Below the pieces are notes generated by a model. It was not told the DNA's origin, did no database searches, and saw only the letters and a program-made list of their open reading frames with translations. Below are positions 30,443-40,058 of a stretch of DNA of 64,000 bases, in pieces (positions within the stretch are counted from its first letter, which is position 1; the number at the start of each line of letters is the position of its first letter). The position numbers and the translations under genes were made by a program. The DNA comes from Candidatus Limnocylindrales bacterium. GTDB taxonomy: Bacteria > Chloroflexota > Limnocylindria > Limnocylindrales > CSP1-4. The stretch covers positions 54,072 through 118,071 of the forward strand of contig JBBQLI010000001.1 of the NCBI GenBank assembly GCA_038327765.1, written 5' to 3'.

Positions 30443-32404
30443 TCAGGCCTTTGGCGGTTCGCCCAGGACGTGGACCTTGAGGAAGGCGAGGATCCGTTCG
30501 AACGCGTCGCGACGATTCTCGCGCCGCTCCCAGCCATGGCCCTCGTCGTCGTACCAGTGGACCTCGTAGGTCTTGGCCTCGATCTCGAGTGCCTCGACCA
30601 TCTTCTCGGTCATGAGCGGCACGACGCGCTTGTCCTTCCGCCCGTGCAGGATCAGGAGGGGCGCCTGGATCCGTTCGGCGCGATAGAGCGGCGACCCGCG
30701 ACGGTAGACCTCGGCCCGTGCGTCGTCGTCGGGCGAACCCATCATCCGGTGAAGGTCCAGGCGACCCAGCCGGTCTCCATGCCGGTAACTCTCGGCGATC
30801 TCTGAATCGCCGTACAGGTCGATCCCGGCGCTCCACAGCCCGGGTTCCTCCACGAGCGCGCACAGGACCATGTAGCCACCGTACGAGCCGCCATAGATCG
30901 CAAGCGCCCCGTCCGACCAAGTCTGCCCGGTCGCCCAGCGTGCGCCGTCGATCAGGTCGTGGACGTCCGCGTGGCCCCATTCGTCGTGGTTGGCGTGGCG
31001 GAACGCGCGCCCGTAGCCCGTGGAGCCGCGGAAGTCGATGTCGAGCACCGCGAACCCGGCATCGGCGAGCAGCAACTTGAACGGCTGGAACGAGCGGAAC
31101 GACTGCCACGTCGGGCCGCCGTGCGGGTAGATGACCGTGGGCACCCGGGTGCCGCCACGCTTGCCGGTCGCCGCGAGCGGGCGCCACAGCGTGCCTTCGA
31201 TGCGCAGCCCGTCGCGGGCGGTGAACGAGATCCGCTCCCCCGTCGGGACGCGTCCGGGCGCGAGTGCCGCGGCCAGCACGGCAGGACGGGCGTTCGTCAC
31301 GCGGCGAGGGCGGGCGTCCTCGGGTGCGACGCCCGGGACCGGTAGCAGCCACAGGTCCTGGGGCTGGGTCTCGCTCTCGCCGATCGCGACGATCGAGGTG
31401 CCGTCGGCGGTCCAGCCCACGGATCGCCACACGCCATCCCACGGGTTGACTCGCTGACCGGCGCTGGCCGTCGCGGTGACGCGCGGTGTCTTGGGTGGTC
31501 GCCCGCGGCCACGCTTCGGAGCGACGGCACCGGCCATCTCGCCCACGACCAGGTCCACCAGCCCGTCGCGCACCTCGATGTGGACGAACCGAGCGCTATC
31601 GGGCGCGGGCAGTGGCACGTTGCCGTAGCCACCAAACGGCTCGCCGTGCTCGCGCGCACCCGCCGTCAGGACCAGGCGGTCGTGCCCGTCGGGTGTGCGC
31701 CGGATCACCTGGAACCAGCCGTCGGCATCGGACACGTACAGCAGCGAACCATCGGGAAGCCAGTGGATCCCGGCATCCCAGCTGCGCTCGCCGGCGACGA
31801 TCTGTTGCCGACCGGTCGCCACGTCCACGATGGCGATCTGCGACGTCTCGGGGTCCTCGTGGAGGAGCCTGGCCGTGACGGCGACGCGGTCGCCATCGGG
31901 CGCCCATTCGAAGCCCTCGATATCGATGTCCGGCGCGGTCAGGACCCTGGCCTCCGGCGGCTTGGGATCATTGGCCGGACGCCCACGCCGCGGGACCGGC
32001 GCGTCGATCAGCCAGACCTGCGACCAGCCGCGACGGCGCGAGATGAAGCCCAGGCGATGACCATCGGGCGACCAGCGCGGGTGGTGCGCTCCGCCGGGCT
32101 TCGCGACCACCTTCGTGGCACGCGAGCCGTCGGCTTCGATCACCCACAGCTCATCGTCGCGGAGGTATGCGAGACGGCGGCCGTCGGGCGACCACTGCGG
32201 ATCGGAGATCGCCTTTGCCGACGCGGTGAGCTGGGTCGCGCTGCCGCTGCGCAGGGACATCGTGAACAGCTGTCGGGTCCCGGCTCGATCCGCGGTGAAC
32301 GCCACGATCCGCTCGCGCGGATGGAGCCGATACTCGCGCGGCGGATCGATGGCGACGATGGCCTCGATCGTGAGCGCTGGGGTGGTGGGTGCGGGGCTGG
32401 CCAT
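30443..32404 (-). CDS. S9 family peptidase (prolyl oligopeptidase/dipeptidyl aminopeptidase with N-terminal beta-propeller)
   Basis: TolB-like propeller repeats, then an alpha/beta hydrolase with GGSYGGY (nucleophile Ser) and the D/H of the triad. Confidence 0.85.
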   Translation of the reverse strand: MASPAPTTPALTIEAIVAIDPPREYRLHPRERIVAFTADRAGTRQLFTMSLRSGSATQLTASAKAISDPQWSPDGRRLAYLRDDELWVIEADGSRATKVVAKPGGAHHPRWSPDGHRLGFISRRRGWSQVWLIDAPVPRRGRPANDPKPPEARVLTAPDIDIEGFEWAPDGDRVAVTARLLHEDPETSQIAIVDVATGRQQIVAGERSWDAGIHWLPDGSLLYVSDADGWFQVIRRTPDGHDRLVLTAGAREHGEPFGGYGNVPLPAPDSARFVHIEVRDGLVDLVVGEMAGAVAPKRGRGRPPKTPRVTATASAGQRVNPWDGVWRSVGWTADGTSIVAIGESETQPQDLWLLPVPGVAPEDARPRRVTNARPAVLAAALAPGRVPTGERISFTARDGLRIEGTLWRPLAATGKRGGTRVPTVIYPHGGPTWQSFRSFQPFKLLLADAGFAVLDIDFRGSTGYGRAFRHANHDEWGHADVHDLIDGARWATGQTWSDGALAIYGGSYGGYMVLCALVEEPGLWSAGIDLYGDSEIAESYRHGDRLGRLDLHRMMGSPDDDARAEVYRRGSPLYRAERIQAPLLILHGRKDKRVVPLMTEKMVEALEIEAKTYEVHWYDDEGHGWERRENRRDAFERILAFLKVHVLGEPPKA

Positions 32405-33453
32405 CAGCGCTCGAGCGCCGCGGCCCACGGGCCGATCAGCGCGATGTGCTTGCGGACGTGCCCGTACGAACAGTCGTAGACCCAGCTCCAGCCGTCGGGC
32501 GCACGCAGCTCATCGAGCGTCAGGGTCCGCGCGGCCGCCAGCAGCCGTTCGCGTGCGACTCGCAGACGGGCGAGCGTCGCCGATACCGTTTCGCCACGAC
32601 TCGCGGCGGTGTGAGCGGCGTTCCACGCATCGATGCCCTCGTCCGGATCCGACAGCCAGATCCCCTGGTCGTGGTAGACGTCGATCGCCCGGGCGCCCTC
32701 GACCATCCAGTCGGCGAGATGACCGAGGTGGTACTGGAGCGTCCAGCCGGGAGTGACCTCGCCGGTCGTCCAGTGGTCGGCCGGGATCGTCGCGAGGAGG
32801 GCCTCAAGCTCGTGATGGCCCGCCTCGTCCGCGACGATGAACGCGTCGTGGTCGTCGGCGCGCGGGTCCCCCACGAACGGGTCGCCATCGATCTGGCGAA
32901 GGCGCAGGCCATCCGCCCACGGTTCGATGATCGCGAGGTGGTCCAGGTAGTGGCCGTGCAGGGTGAGATAGATCCAGCCCCACGCGGCGTCGTCGCGGAT
33001 GCGCTCCGGCGTCAGCCGCTTGGCCTCGGCGAGGAGCGCCGTCCGGGACGCACGCAGACGGTCCAGGATCTCGTCCCGCGGGAGCATCTGCCACGGGTCG
33101 CGCAGCCGCTCGTTGAACGTATCGAACTCACCGCCGTCGAAGTCGTCGTCGGTGGGCCAGCGACCGGTCTCGATCGCCGTCCGGGTGTAGTCGACAGCGA
33201 GCGCCTGCCAAGCCGTGAGGTGACCGACGTGCTCGGCCAACGACCAGTCCGGTCCGCCCGCATCCGACGGCGCGGCGCCCGGCAGATGCCATGCCGCATC
33301 GTCCAGCCCGGCCCACGACGCGACGAGCCGCTCCCACAGCGCCAGCTCATCGGCCCACAGGTCGCGCGCGGACGCGCGCAGGTCGGTCGCGCGGAGATCG
33401 GCCAGCGGCGCGCGCCGGAGATCGGTGGCGGGATCGGCCTGGACCGGCGTCAT
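32404..33453 (-). CDS. hypothetical protein with two DinB_2-like four-helix-bundle repeats
   Basis: Internal duplication (HVGHLTAWQ... and HLGHLADWM...). Stop overlaps the S9 start. Confidence 0.5.
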   Translation of the reverse strand: MTPVQADPATDLRRAPLADLRATDLRASARDLWADELALWERLVASWAGLDDAAWHLPGAAPSDAGGPDWSLAEHVGHLTAWQALAVDYTRTAIETGRWPTDDDFDGGEFDTFNERLRDPWQMLPRDEILDRLRASRTALLAEAKRLTPERIRDDAAWGWIYLTLHGHYLDHLAIIEPWADGLRLRQIDGDPFVGDPRADDHDAFIVADEAGHHELEALLATIPADHWTTGEVTPGWTLQYHLGHLADWMVEGARAIDVYHDQGIWLSDPDEGIDAWNAAHTAASRGETVSATLARLRVARERLLAAARTLTLDELRAPDGWSWVYDCSYGHVRKHIALIGPWAAALER

Positions 33454-34319
33454 CAGCCGGAGTTCCGCCGAGCCTCTGGTTCGCTCGCAGTCTTCTCGAG
33501 CTGATCCCCGAGTTCGATCGTGCGCCGGAAGGCCGCCCAGACCGCTTCGGACAGGACGGTCCGGAGCCTGCCGGACTCCAGCTCGTGGAGGGCGGCCGCG
33601 GAGGTTCCGCCCGGCGAGGTGACCATGTTGCGCAGCTCGGCCGGGTGCATCCCGGATTGCTTCGCGAAGAGCGTGGAGCCCTCCAGGGTCTCGATCACCA
33701 GGTCGTGGGCGATGTGGCGCGGAAAGCCGAGGTGGACGGCGGCATCGATGAGCGCCTCCATCACCAGGAAGACATACGTGGGACCCGTGCCGCTGACAGC
33801 GGTCGCCATGGCCACCATCTTTTCGTCATCGACTTCGAGCTGCGCGCCAAGCGCCCCGAGCAGGGCGGCCGACTGCGCACGCTGTTCGGGAGTCGTCTCG
33901 GGCGTGGCGTACCAGACGGTCATCCCCTTGCCGAGACGGGCCGGGGTGTTCGGCATGGAGCGGACCACCTGGTCGTGGTCGAGGATCGAGGTGATGGCCT
34001 TGGTCGTGGCACCGGCGAGGACGCTCAGGACCAGTTGCCCGCGCTTGAGGTGTGGTCCGATCTCGCGCCCAACCTTGACCAGCATCTGGGGCTTGATGCC
34101 CAGCAGGATGACGTCCGCGCCGGCGATGGCGTCGAGATTGCTGGAGACCGTCCGGATGCCGTATTCGCGTTCCAGCGCCTCACGGCGTTCGGCGCGGGGG
34201 TGGCTGGCGACCACCTGACCGGGGTCCACGAGCTTGCCGCGCAGCAGCCCGGCGATCATCGCTTCGGCCATCACGCCCGAGCCGACCGTCGCGATGGTGG
34301 CCTTCGAGAGGGGGGACAT
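33453..34319 (-). CDS. proC: pyrroline-5-carboxylate reductase
   Basis: Rossmann GSGVMAEA N-terminus plus the ProC C-terminal dimerisation domain. ATG at 34319. Confidence 0.85.
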   Translation of the reverse strand: MSPLSKATIATVGSGVMAEAMIAGLLRGKLVDPGQVVASHPRAERREALEREYGIRTVSSNLDAIAGADVILLGIKPQMLVKVGREIGPHLKRGQLVLSVLAGATTKAITSILDHDQVVRSMPNTPARLGKGMTVWYATPETTPEQRAQSAALLGALGAQLEVDDEKMVAMATAVSGTGPTYVFLVMEALIDAAVHLGFPRHIAHDLVIETLEGSTLFAKQSGMHPAELRNMVTSPGGTSAAALHELESGRLRTVLSEAVWAAFRRTIELGDQLEKTASEPEARRNSG

Positions 34320-34400
34320 CCGCCGGAGTATAGCCGGGGCGTGCCCGGCTCCCGGTCCGGTTCCCGGCCGAAATGTCCGCTCTGGACGCGCCACGGGGTG

Positions 34401-35348
34401 TCAGGCGGTCGCGGACCCCAGGAGGAAGAAGCGGGCGGTCGCGGTGACGGCGGCGCTGGTGAAGCCTGCCTGGCGGAGGGCCGCTTCCAGTTCCGCCGGC
34501 TCGTAGTAGACCTTGACGATCGTGAACTCCCGCCCGTCGTCGAGGCGACGGATGGAGGTGTCGTCGGCCGGCGTCGGATGATCGACAGCGGAAGACTGCG
34601 GATCCGGCCGCGAGTCGATGAAGGCGAAGCGGCCGCCTGGCTTCAGCCAGCGCCGGACCAGGGCAAGGAAGGCGGGGAGTCGTTCGCGCGGCACGTGGCT
34701 CAGCCAGAACCCGGTGAACACGCCATCGACAGCGCGATCTGGTTCGGCCCAGGCGTCGCGCACGTGGATATGGGCTCGCAGCGCGTGCGCGACCAGACGG
34801 TCACGGGCACGGTCGAGGACCGCGGGGTTGGCGTCGTAGATCGACAGCTCACCCTTCCCGGCCAGCAGCGGCGACCACCAGCCGGTGCCGGCGGCAAGCT
34901 CGACGAGCTGGCCATGCCACGGCAGCGCGTCGAGCCACAGACCGGCGGCGTCGAGGTCCGCGTTCCAGGTGGCGTCATGGATCGCGCCGCGGGCATACCG
35001 CCCGCGGCGGAGATACCAGTCGTCGTACTCGGGAGCGCGCGCGGCGTAATACGGGATCAGCGCCGCTTCGGGGTCAGGAGACTCCGTGAGACTCGGGCGA
35101 TCGAGCGTGGCGGACGGTGCGGCGGGTGCGGCCGGTTCGACTGATGCGGTCGTCGTGGAGCCCACCGCGACCGCGACGTGCCCGCGCTCCGTGATGGCCT
35201 GGCGGAGTCGGAAGCGGAGGAAGCCATTGTCGCCGGCCTTGCCAAGGCAGTCCGGGCACAGACTGGCCCAGCCCTCGAGGTCGTCGGGGCCGCGGCAGGT
35301 GTGGCTGGCGCCGCACCACAGGCACTGGAACATGGCTCGAAATGGCAT
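34401..35348 (-). CDS. class I SAM-dependent methyltransferase with N-terminal Cys4 zinc-ribbon
   Basis: CLWCG...CPDC, then a methyltransferase fold (LVELAAGTGWW...LKPGGRFAF). ATG at 35348; the track ORF extends to 35594 through low-complexity sequence. Confidence 0.7.
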   Translation of the reverse strand: MPFRAMFQCLWCGASHTCRGPDDLEGWASLCPDCLGKAGDNGFLRFRLRQAITERGHVAVAVGSTTTASVEPAAPAAPSATLDRPSLTESPDPEAALIPYYAARAPEYDDWYLRRGRYARGAIHDATWNADLDAAGLWLDALPWHGQLVELAAGTGWWSPLLAGKGELSIYDANPAVLDRARDRLVAHALRAHIHVRDAWAEPDRAVDGVFTGFWLSHVPRERLPAFLALVRRWLKPGGRFAFIDSRPDPQSSAVDHPTPADDTSIRRLDDGREFTIVKVYYEPAELEAALRQAGFTSAAVTATARFFLLGSATA

Positions 35349-35358
35349 CGCCGGTGTC

Positions 35359-36288
35359 CTAGGTCGTGATCGGCGTCCAGGAGCCGATCGGCGCGACCTC
35401 CTCGAACGCGTCGGGATCCATGATCTCCGCCAGCAGCTCGATACCGTCGATGACGCGCGGCCCGGGCCGACTGAAGTAGGCCGACCCATCCACGGCGAAG
35501 ACCTGCCCCCGTCGAACCGCGGGAAGCTCGCGGTACCAGCTGGGCTTCGGCGTCCGGCCCCATTCGTCGACGGTCTCGGCAAGATGCAGCCCACAGGGCA
35601 TCAGGACCAGCATCTCCGGGTCCACCTCGGCCACGGCGTCCCAGGAGGTCTCCACCGACTTCTCGCCGTCCGCCCCCAGGACATCCCAGCCGCCGGCGCG
35701 ACGGACCTGCTCGGGGACCCAGTGGCCCGCGGCGAATGGCGGATCGAGCCACTCGAGGCTGGCGACACGGATGGGCGGTCGACCGGTCTCGCGTCGCGCG
35801 GCGACGACCTCCTCGATGGCGCCGAGGCGCTCGCGCAGCGATTCGACGAGATCGATGGCGGCGTCCTCGGCTTCAGCCATGGCACCGACGGTCGTGATCG
35901 TGTTGAGGATCCCCTCGATCGAGGTCGGCTCGAGCGAGACCACGGTGATATCACTGTCGATGCGGCGGGCGACGGCGTTCACCTCGCGATAGCTCACGGC
36001 GCAGACGCGACACAGCTCCTGGGTGAGGATGAGATCGGGCTGCGCCGCCGCCAGCGCCGCCTCATCGAGCTCGTAGAGCGATGACCCGCCGTGCATCGAC
36101 GCGGTCACCAGCTGGTGGATATCCCGCGAGCTTGCCGTGCGGAGGTCGTGGATGCTGCGCGTGACGACCGGCTTGCCGATGACCTCGGGCGGGAAGTCGC
36201 ACTCGTGGGTGATGCCGACGAGCTCATCGCCGAGACCGATCGCGCAGACGATCTCCGTGGCGGACGGAAGGAGCGAGACGATGCGCAT
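35359..36288 (-). CDS. cobalamin/iron-siderophore type (TroA/BtuF-like) binding protein without signal peptide
   Basis: MRIVSLLPSATEIV...DLILTQ pattern of class-8 periplasmic binding proteins, but no leader peptide. Confidence 0.65.
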   Translation of the reverse strand: MRIVSLLPSATEIVCAIGLGDELVGITHECDFPPEVIGKPVVTRSIHDLRTASSRDIHQLVTASMHGGSSLYELDEAALAAAQPDLILTQELCRVCAVSYREVNAVARRIDSDITVVSLEPTSIEGILNTITTVGAMAEAEDAAIDLVESLRERLGAIEEVVAARRETGRPPIRVASLEWLDPPFAAGHWVPEQVRRAGGWDVLGADGEKSVETSWDAVAEVDPEMLVLMPCGLHLAETVDEWGRTPKPSWYRELPAVRRGQVFAVDGSAYFSRPGPRVIDGIELLAEIMDPDAFEEVAPIGSWTPITT

Positions 36289-36339
36289 GTGGGGCTCCGG
36301 TCAGCCAGGCGGCCCGGTGCCCACGGACCGGGAGCGGGA

Positions 36340-36627
36340 TTACTGTGGCTTGGCCGCGTCGACCGCGGCGCGGGCGGCCGCCTTGTCGGTGTACCAGGTG
36401 ACGTCGATGGTCGCATAAGCCGCCCACTCGGTCGGCAGCGACTCCTCGGGAAAGATCGCGTTGACCGGGCATTCCGGCTCACAGGCGCCGCAGTCGATGC
36501 ATTCGTTCGGGTCGATGTACAGCTTCCGATCGGTGCCTTCGTCGAAGTGGATGCAATCGACCGGGCAGACAGAGACGCACGAGACGTCGAGCACATCGAT
36601 GCACGGCTCGGCGATCACGTAGGTCAT
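36340..36627 (-). CDS. fdxA: 7Fe ferredoxin ([3Fe-4S][4Fe-4S])
   Basis: CIDVLDVSCVSVCPVDCI and CIDCGACEPECP cluster motifs. 95 aa. GAGGAGG Shine-Dalgarno upstream. Confidence 0.9.
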   Translation of the reverse strand: MTYVIAEPCIDVLDVSCVSVCPVDCIHFDEGTDRKLYIDPNECIDCGACEPECPVNAIFPEESLPTEWAAYATIDVTWYTDKAAARAAVDAAKPQ

Positions 36628-36716
36628 TCAGGGTCCTCCTCGAGGGGATGGCTGCACGGCTCCCATGTCCGCTGCGGGCACGAGGGTACCACCGAAAGGC
36701 GCGTCGTTGGCCGGGC

Positions 36717-37268
36717 TCAGGGTTGCAGGGCGGTCACCCAGCGGACCGCGATCCACATGCCATTGGCAAGGTGACCAGGGATATGGCACGCGACCAGCCA
36801 CGTCCGCGGATCGGGGGCCGTGGAGGAGCTCGGCAGCGGAGCGTCCGTGGCGACATCGGTCGGGACGGTCCAGCGGACGTCGACCCGCTGCCCGGAGGCG
36901 ACCACGATCCGCAGCCCGGCGACGTCCGGTGGGACGCTCACCTGGGGCGTGGGACCGGGTGGCGCTTCGGCGGTCGCGGCCTCGGCGATCTCCCACGCGT
37001 CCTGGACGGGGCCGGCACCGAAGACAGCCTCATGCGGCTCGAGACCACCGTTGATCACGTGCAGGAGGATGGTCTCGCCGGGGATGAGGTCGAGTTCGCC
37101 GGGCAGGAACGAGTAGTCCTTCGCGATCAGGTTGACCTCGCGCGGGGCAGCGAGCGTGCCGGCGACCGGGCGTGGCGTGGGCGGAAGGGGCGCCGCGTCG
37201 CAGGCGGCGAGGGCCACGGACAGGGCCGCGACGCACGCGGCAAGGACCGATGGCGCGAGTCGGGGCAT
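36717..37268 (-). CDS. cupredoxin (type-1 blue copper) lipoprotein
   Basis: Lipobox LAAC in the signal peptide. C-terminal CHIPGHLANGM His/Cys/His/Met ligand cluster. Confidence 0.7.
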   Translation of the reverse strand: MPRLAPSVLAACVAALSVALAACDAAPLPPTPRPVAGTLAAPREVNLIAKDYSFLPGELDLIPGETILLHVINGGLEPHEAVFGAGPVQDAWEIAEAATAEAPPGPTPQVSVPPDVAGLRIVVASGQRVDVRWTVPTDVATDAPLPSSSTAPDPRTWLVACHIPGHLANGMWIAVRWVTALQP

Positions 37269-37729
37269 CGGCGCAAGTCTACGAGGGGCAGGGGATGAAG
37301 CCGCGCGAGCGAGCCAGTTCCGGTCCGGCCACCCGAACTTTGTTCCTGGGTCCGTATCTGGTCGAATGTGCACCCCACGCACCTTGGACGAAGTGTCGGT
37401 GTCCTTCGGGTCGCCGGGACACCGTCTGCGCGCGGTAGCGAGGGAGACTCGTGCGTGGATCTGCGGGCAGCATCGTCCGATCGGCCCGGAAGCGGTCACA
37501 TCCCTCGCATAGGGTGCAGGGAGTGCACATCTGAGGCGGTTTGCGGCCCGGCCGACCTCGGGCCGCGACCCGGCCGGGGTCTCCACGGCCCTCGCGCCGC
37601 CCGGAACGACCCACGGCGAGCCTTGACATGCCCTGCGCATGCGCCGCATCGTGTCGCCGACCCCGCCGTCGTCGCGTCGCCCATCCCCGCCGTCGTCGCG
37701 TCGCTCCTTCCCCGAGAACGAGGGATCGC

Positions 37730-38815
37730 TTGACTAGCCCTGGCACTGTCGCCGACCAGCCTGCCTCGGATGGCGCTGCGCCCAACCGGATCGCTGTCCG
37801 CCTGGAGGGCGTCGACAAGCGATATGGCGATGTCGTCGCGGTCGACGGCCTGGACCTCGAGGTCCGCGACGGCGAGTTCTTCTCCATGCTCGGACCGTCC
37901 GGGTCGGGCAAGACGACGACGCTGCGCATGATCGCCGGCTTCGAACTCCCGACCAGCGGGCGGATCCTGCTCCACGGTCAGGACGTCACGTCGGTTCCCC
38001 CGTTCGACCGCGACGTCAACACCGTCTTCCAGGATTACGCGCTCTTCCCGCACATGACCGTCGCCGACAACGTCGCGTATGGCCTGATGGTGCGCAAGGT
38101 GCCGAAAGCGGAACGTGCGACACGCGTCGCCGAGGCGCTCCGCATGGTCCGCCTGGAGGGCTATGACGGTCGCAAGCCATCACAGCTCTCCGGTGGCCAG
38201 CGCCAGCGCGTCGCGCTCGCCAGGGCCCTCATCAATCGGCCGCGCGTGCTGCTGCTCGATGAACCCCTCGGCGCCCTTGACCTGAAGCTCCGGGAGGAGA
38301 TGCAGATCGAGCTGAAGGCGATCCAGCAGCAGGTCGGGATCACGTTCATCTACGTCACCCACGACCAGGAAGAGGCGCTCACGATGAGCGACCGACTGGC
38401 CGTCTTCAACCGGGGTCGCGTCGAGCAGGTCGGCCCGCCGGCGGACGTTTACGAACGGCCCACGACCAGGTTCGTCGCCGGCTTCGTCGGCACGTCCAAC
38501 CTGCTGACCGGTGCCGTGGCGCAGGCGGTCCTGGGGCAGGCCGGGACGTTCACGATCCGGCCCGAGAAGATCCATCTGGCGGCACCCGACACGGCCGCCG
38601 GGCCGGGTGAGGTGTCGGCGCCAGGTCGGATCCGGGCCGTGGTCTACCTCGGCCCGGATACCCGCTACACGGTCTCGCTCGACGCGGGCTCCGACCTCGT
38701 GGTCACCCAGCAGAATCTCGCGACGTCCTCCACCGAGGCGCTCGCCCAGCAAGGCAACGCTGTCCGCCTGGTGTGGAAGCGACAGCACGCACTTCCTGTC
38801 GCGGACGGGGCGTGA
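37730..38815 (+). CDS. potA: spermidine/putrescine ABC transporter ATP-binding protein
   Basis: Walker A GPSGSGKTT, LSGGQRQR, Walker B LLLDEPL, and a C-terminal TOBE-like domain. TTG start 6 nt after GAGGGA. Confidence 0.8.
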   Translation: MTSPGTVADQPASDGAAPNRIAVRLEGVDKRYGDVVAVDGLDLEVRDGEFFSMLGPSGSGKTTTLRMIAGFELPTSGRILLHGQDVTSVPPFDRDVNTVFQDYALFPHMTVADNVAYGLMVRKVPKAERATRVAEALRMVRLEGYDGRKPSQLSGGQRQRVALARALINRPRVLLLDEPLGALDLKLREEMQIELKAIQQQVGITFIYVTHDQEEALTMSDRLAVFNRGRVEQVGPPADVYERPTTRFVAGFVGTSNLLTGAVAQAVLGQAGTFTIRPEKIHLAAPDTAAGPGEVSAPGRIRAVVYLGPDTRYTVSLDAGSDLVVTQQNLATSSTEALAQQGNAVRLVWKRQHALPVADGA

Positions 38816-38834
38816 ACCGATTGGAGGTCCAGGG

Positions 38835-40022
38835 ATGAGGATGCGCGGGATGCTGACGATCGCCGCTGTCGCGGTGATCGTCGTGAGTGCCTGTAGCAGC
38901 GGCAGCAGCGGAACTCCGAAGCCGAGCGTACCGACCGCGGTCGGAGCCGGGGAGGGCGCCCTGAACCTGGTCGCATGGTCCGGCTATGTCGTGGGTGGGA
39001 CGGGCGGCGAGCAGGTCCAGGGATACGACTGGGTCACGCCGTTCGAGACCGCGACCGGGTGCAAGGTGACCGTCAAGGTCGGCCTCGACTCCGCGAATAT
39101 GGTCCAGCTGATGAAGGCCGGCGGCTATGACGGCGTCTCCGCGTCGGGCGACGCAACGCTGCGGCTGATCGCCGGTGGCGACGTCGCGCCGGTCAATCTC
39201 GACCTCATCCCGAACTACAAGGACGTGTTCGGCGGCCTGAAGAACCAGCCGTACAACACGGTCGGTGGGGTCAGCTACGGCGTCCCCCACGGTCGCGGCG
39301 CGAATGTCCTCATGTACAACCCGGCAGTCGTCACCACCCCTCCGGACAGCTGGAGCGTCGTGTTCGACGCCAACTCGCCATACAAGGGCAAGGTCACGGC
39401 CTACAACTACGCGATCTACATCGCGGACGCAGCCGTCTACCTGATGTCCACCAAGCCGGACCTGAAGATCACCAATCCGTACGCACTGGACGCGACGCAG
39501 CTGGCCGCGGCGGTCGACCTGCTCAAGCAGCAGAAGACGCTGGTCGGCAAGTACTGGGGCACGTCGCAGGAAGAGATCGACGGGTTCGCCAATGGCGACA
39601 TGGCCGTCGGGACCGCGTGGCAGTACCAGGCCAACACGATCAATGCCGCGAACGGCAAGGTGAAGGTCGCCGTGACGTTGCCGAAGGAAGGCACCACCGG
39701 CTGGTCCGACACGTGGATGATCTCGTCGAAGGCCACCCACCCGAACTGCATGTACAAGTGGATGGACTACATCCTCTCGCCTGCAGCCAATGCAGCCGTG
39801 ACCGTCTACTTCGGTGAGGCTCCGGTCAGCGCCGCTGCGTGCGTCGAGGCCGAGAAGCTGAGCCCCGGCCATTGCGACACCTTCCACGCCAACGACGAGA
39901 CCTACTTCAAGCAGGTCTACTACTGGAACACGCCGACCGTGAACTGCCTCGATGGACGCGGGTCCATCTGCACGGACTTCGACGCGTGGACCAAGGCCTG
40001 GACGGATATCACGGGGAGCTAG
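38835..40022 (+). CDS. potD: spermidine/putrescine ABC substrate-binding lipoprotein
   Basis: Lipoprotein signal (VVSACSSGSSG) plus the PotD/PotF-family fold. ATG after GGAGG. Confidence 0.8.
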   Translation: MRMRGMLTIAAVAVIVVSACSSGSSGTPKPSVPTAVGAGEGALNLVAWSGYVVGGTGGEQVQGYDWVTPFETATGCKVTVKVGLDSANMVQLMKAGGYDGVSASGDATLRLIAGGDVAPVNLDLIPNYKDVFGGLKNQPYNTVGGVSYGVPHGRGANVLMYNPAVVTTPPDSWSVVFDANSPYKGKVTAYNYAIYIADAAVYLMSTKPDLKITNPYALDATQLAAAVDLLKQQKTLVGKYWGTSQEEIDGFANGDMAVGTAWQYQANTINAANGKVKVAVTLPKEGTTGWSDTWMISSKATHPNCMYKWMDYILSPAANAAVTVYFGEAPVSAAACVEAEKLSPGHCDTFHANDETYFKQVYYWNTPTVNCLDGRGSICTDFDAWTKAWTDITGS

Positions 40023-40058
40023 GGTCGGTCCACTGACCGCACTCAGTCCCCGTCCGCT

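Noticed and set aside
37295-37438. 47-aa Cys-rich ORF (MKPRERASSGPATRTLFLGPYLVECAPHAPWTKCRCPSGRRDTVCAR) in the potA leader
   Set aside because: Short, no recognisable metal-binding spacing, weak RBS. More likely non-coding leader sequence. Kept only as a remote possibility.
37500-37535. TCCCTCGCATAGGGTGCAGGGAGTGCACAT near the cupredoxin lipoprotein promoter, as a possible third copy of the copper-operator motif
   Set aside because: It shares only the GGGAGT core. It is not a dyad and does not match TACTCCC-N-GGGAGTA.
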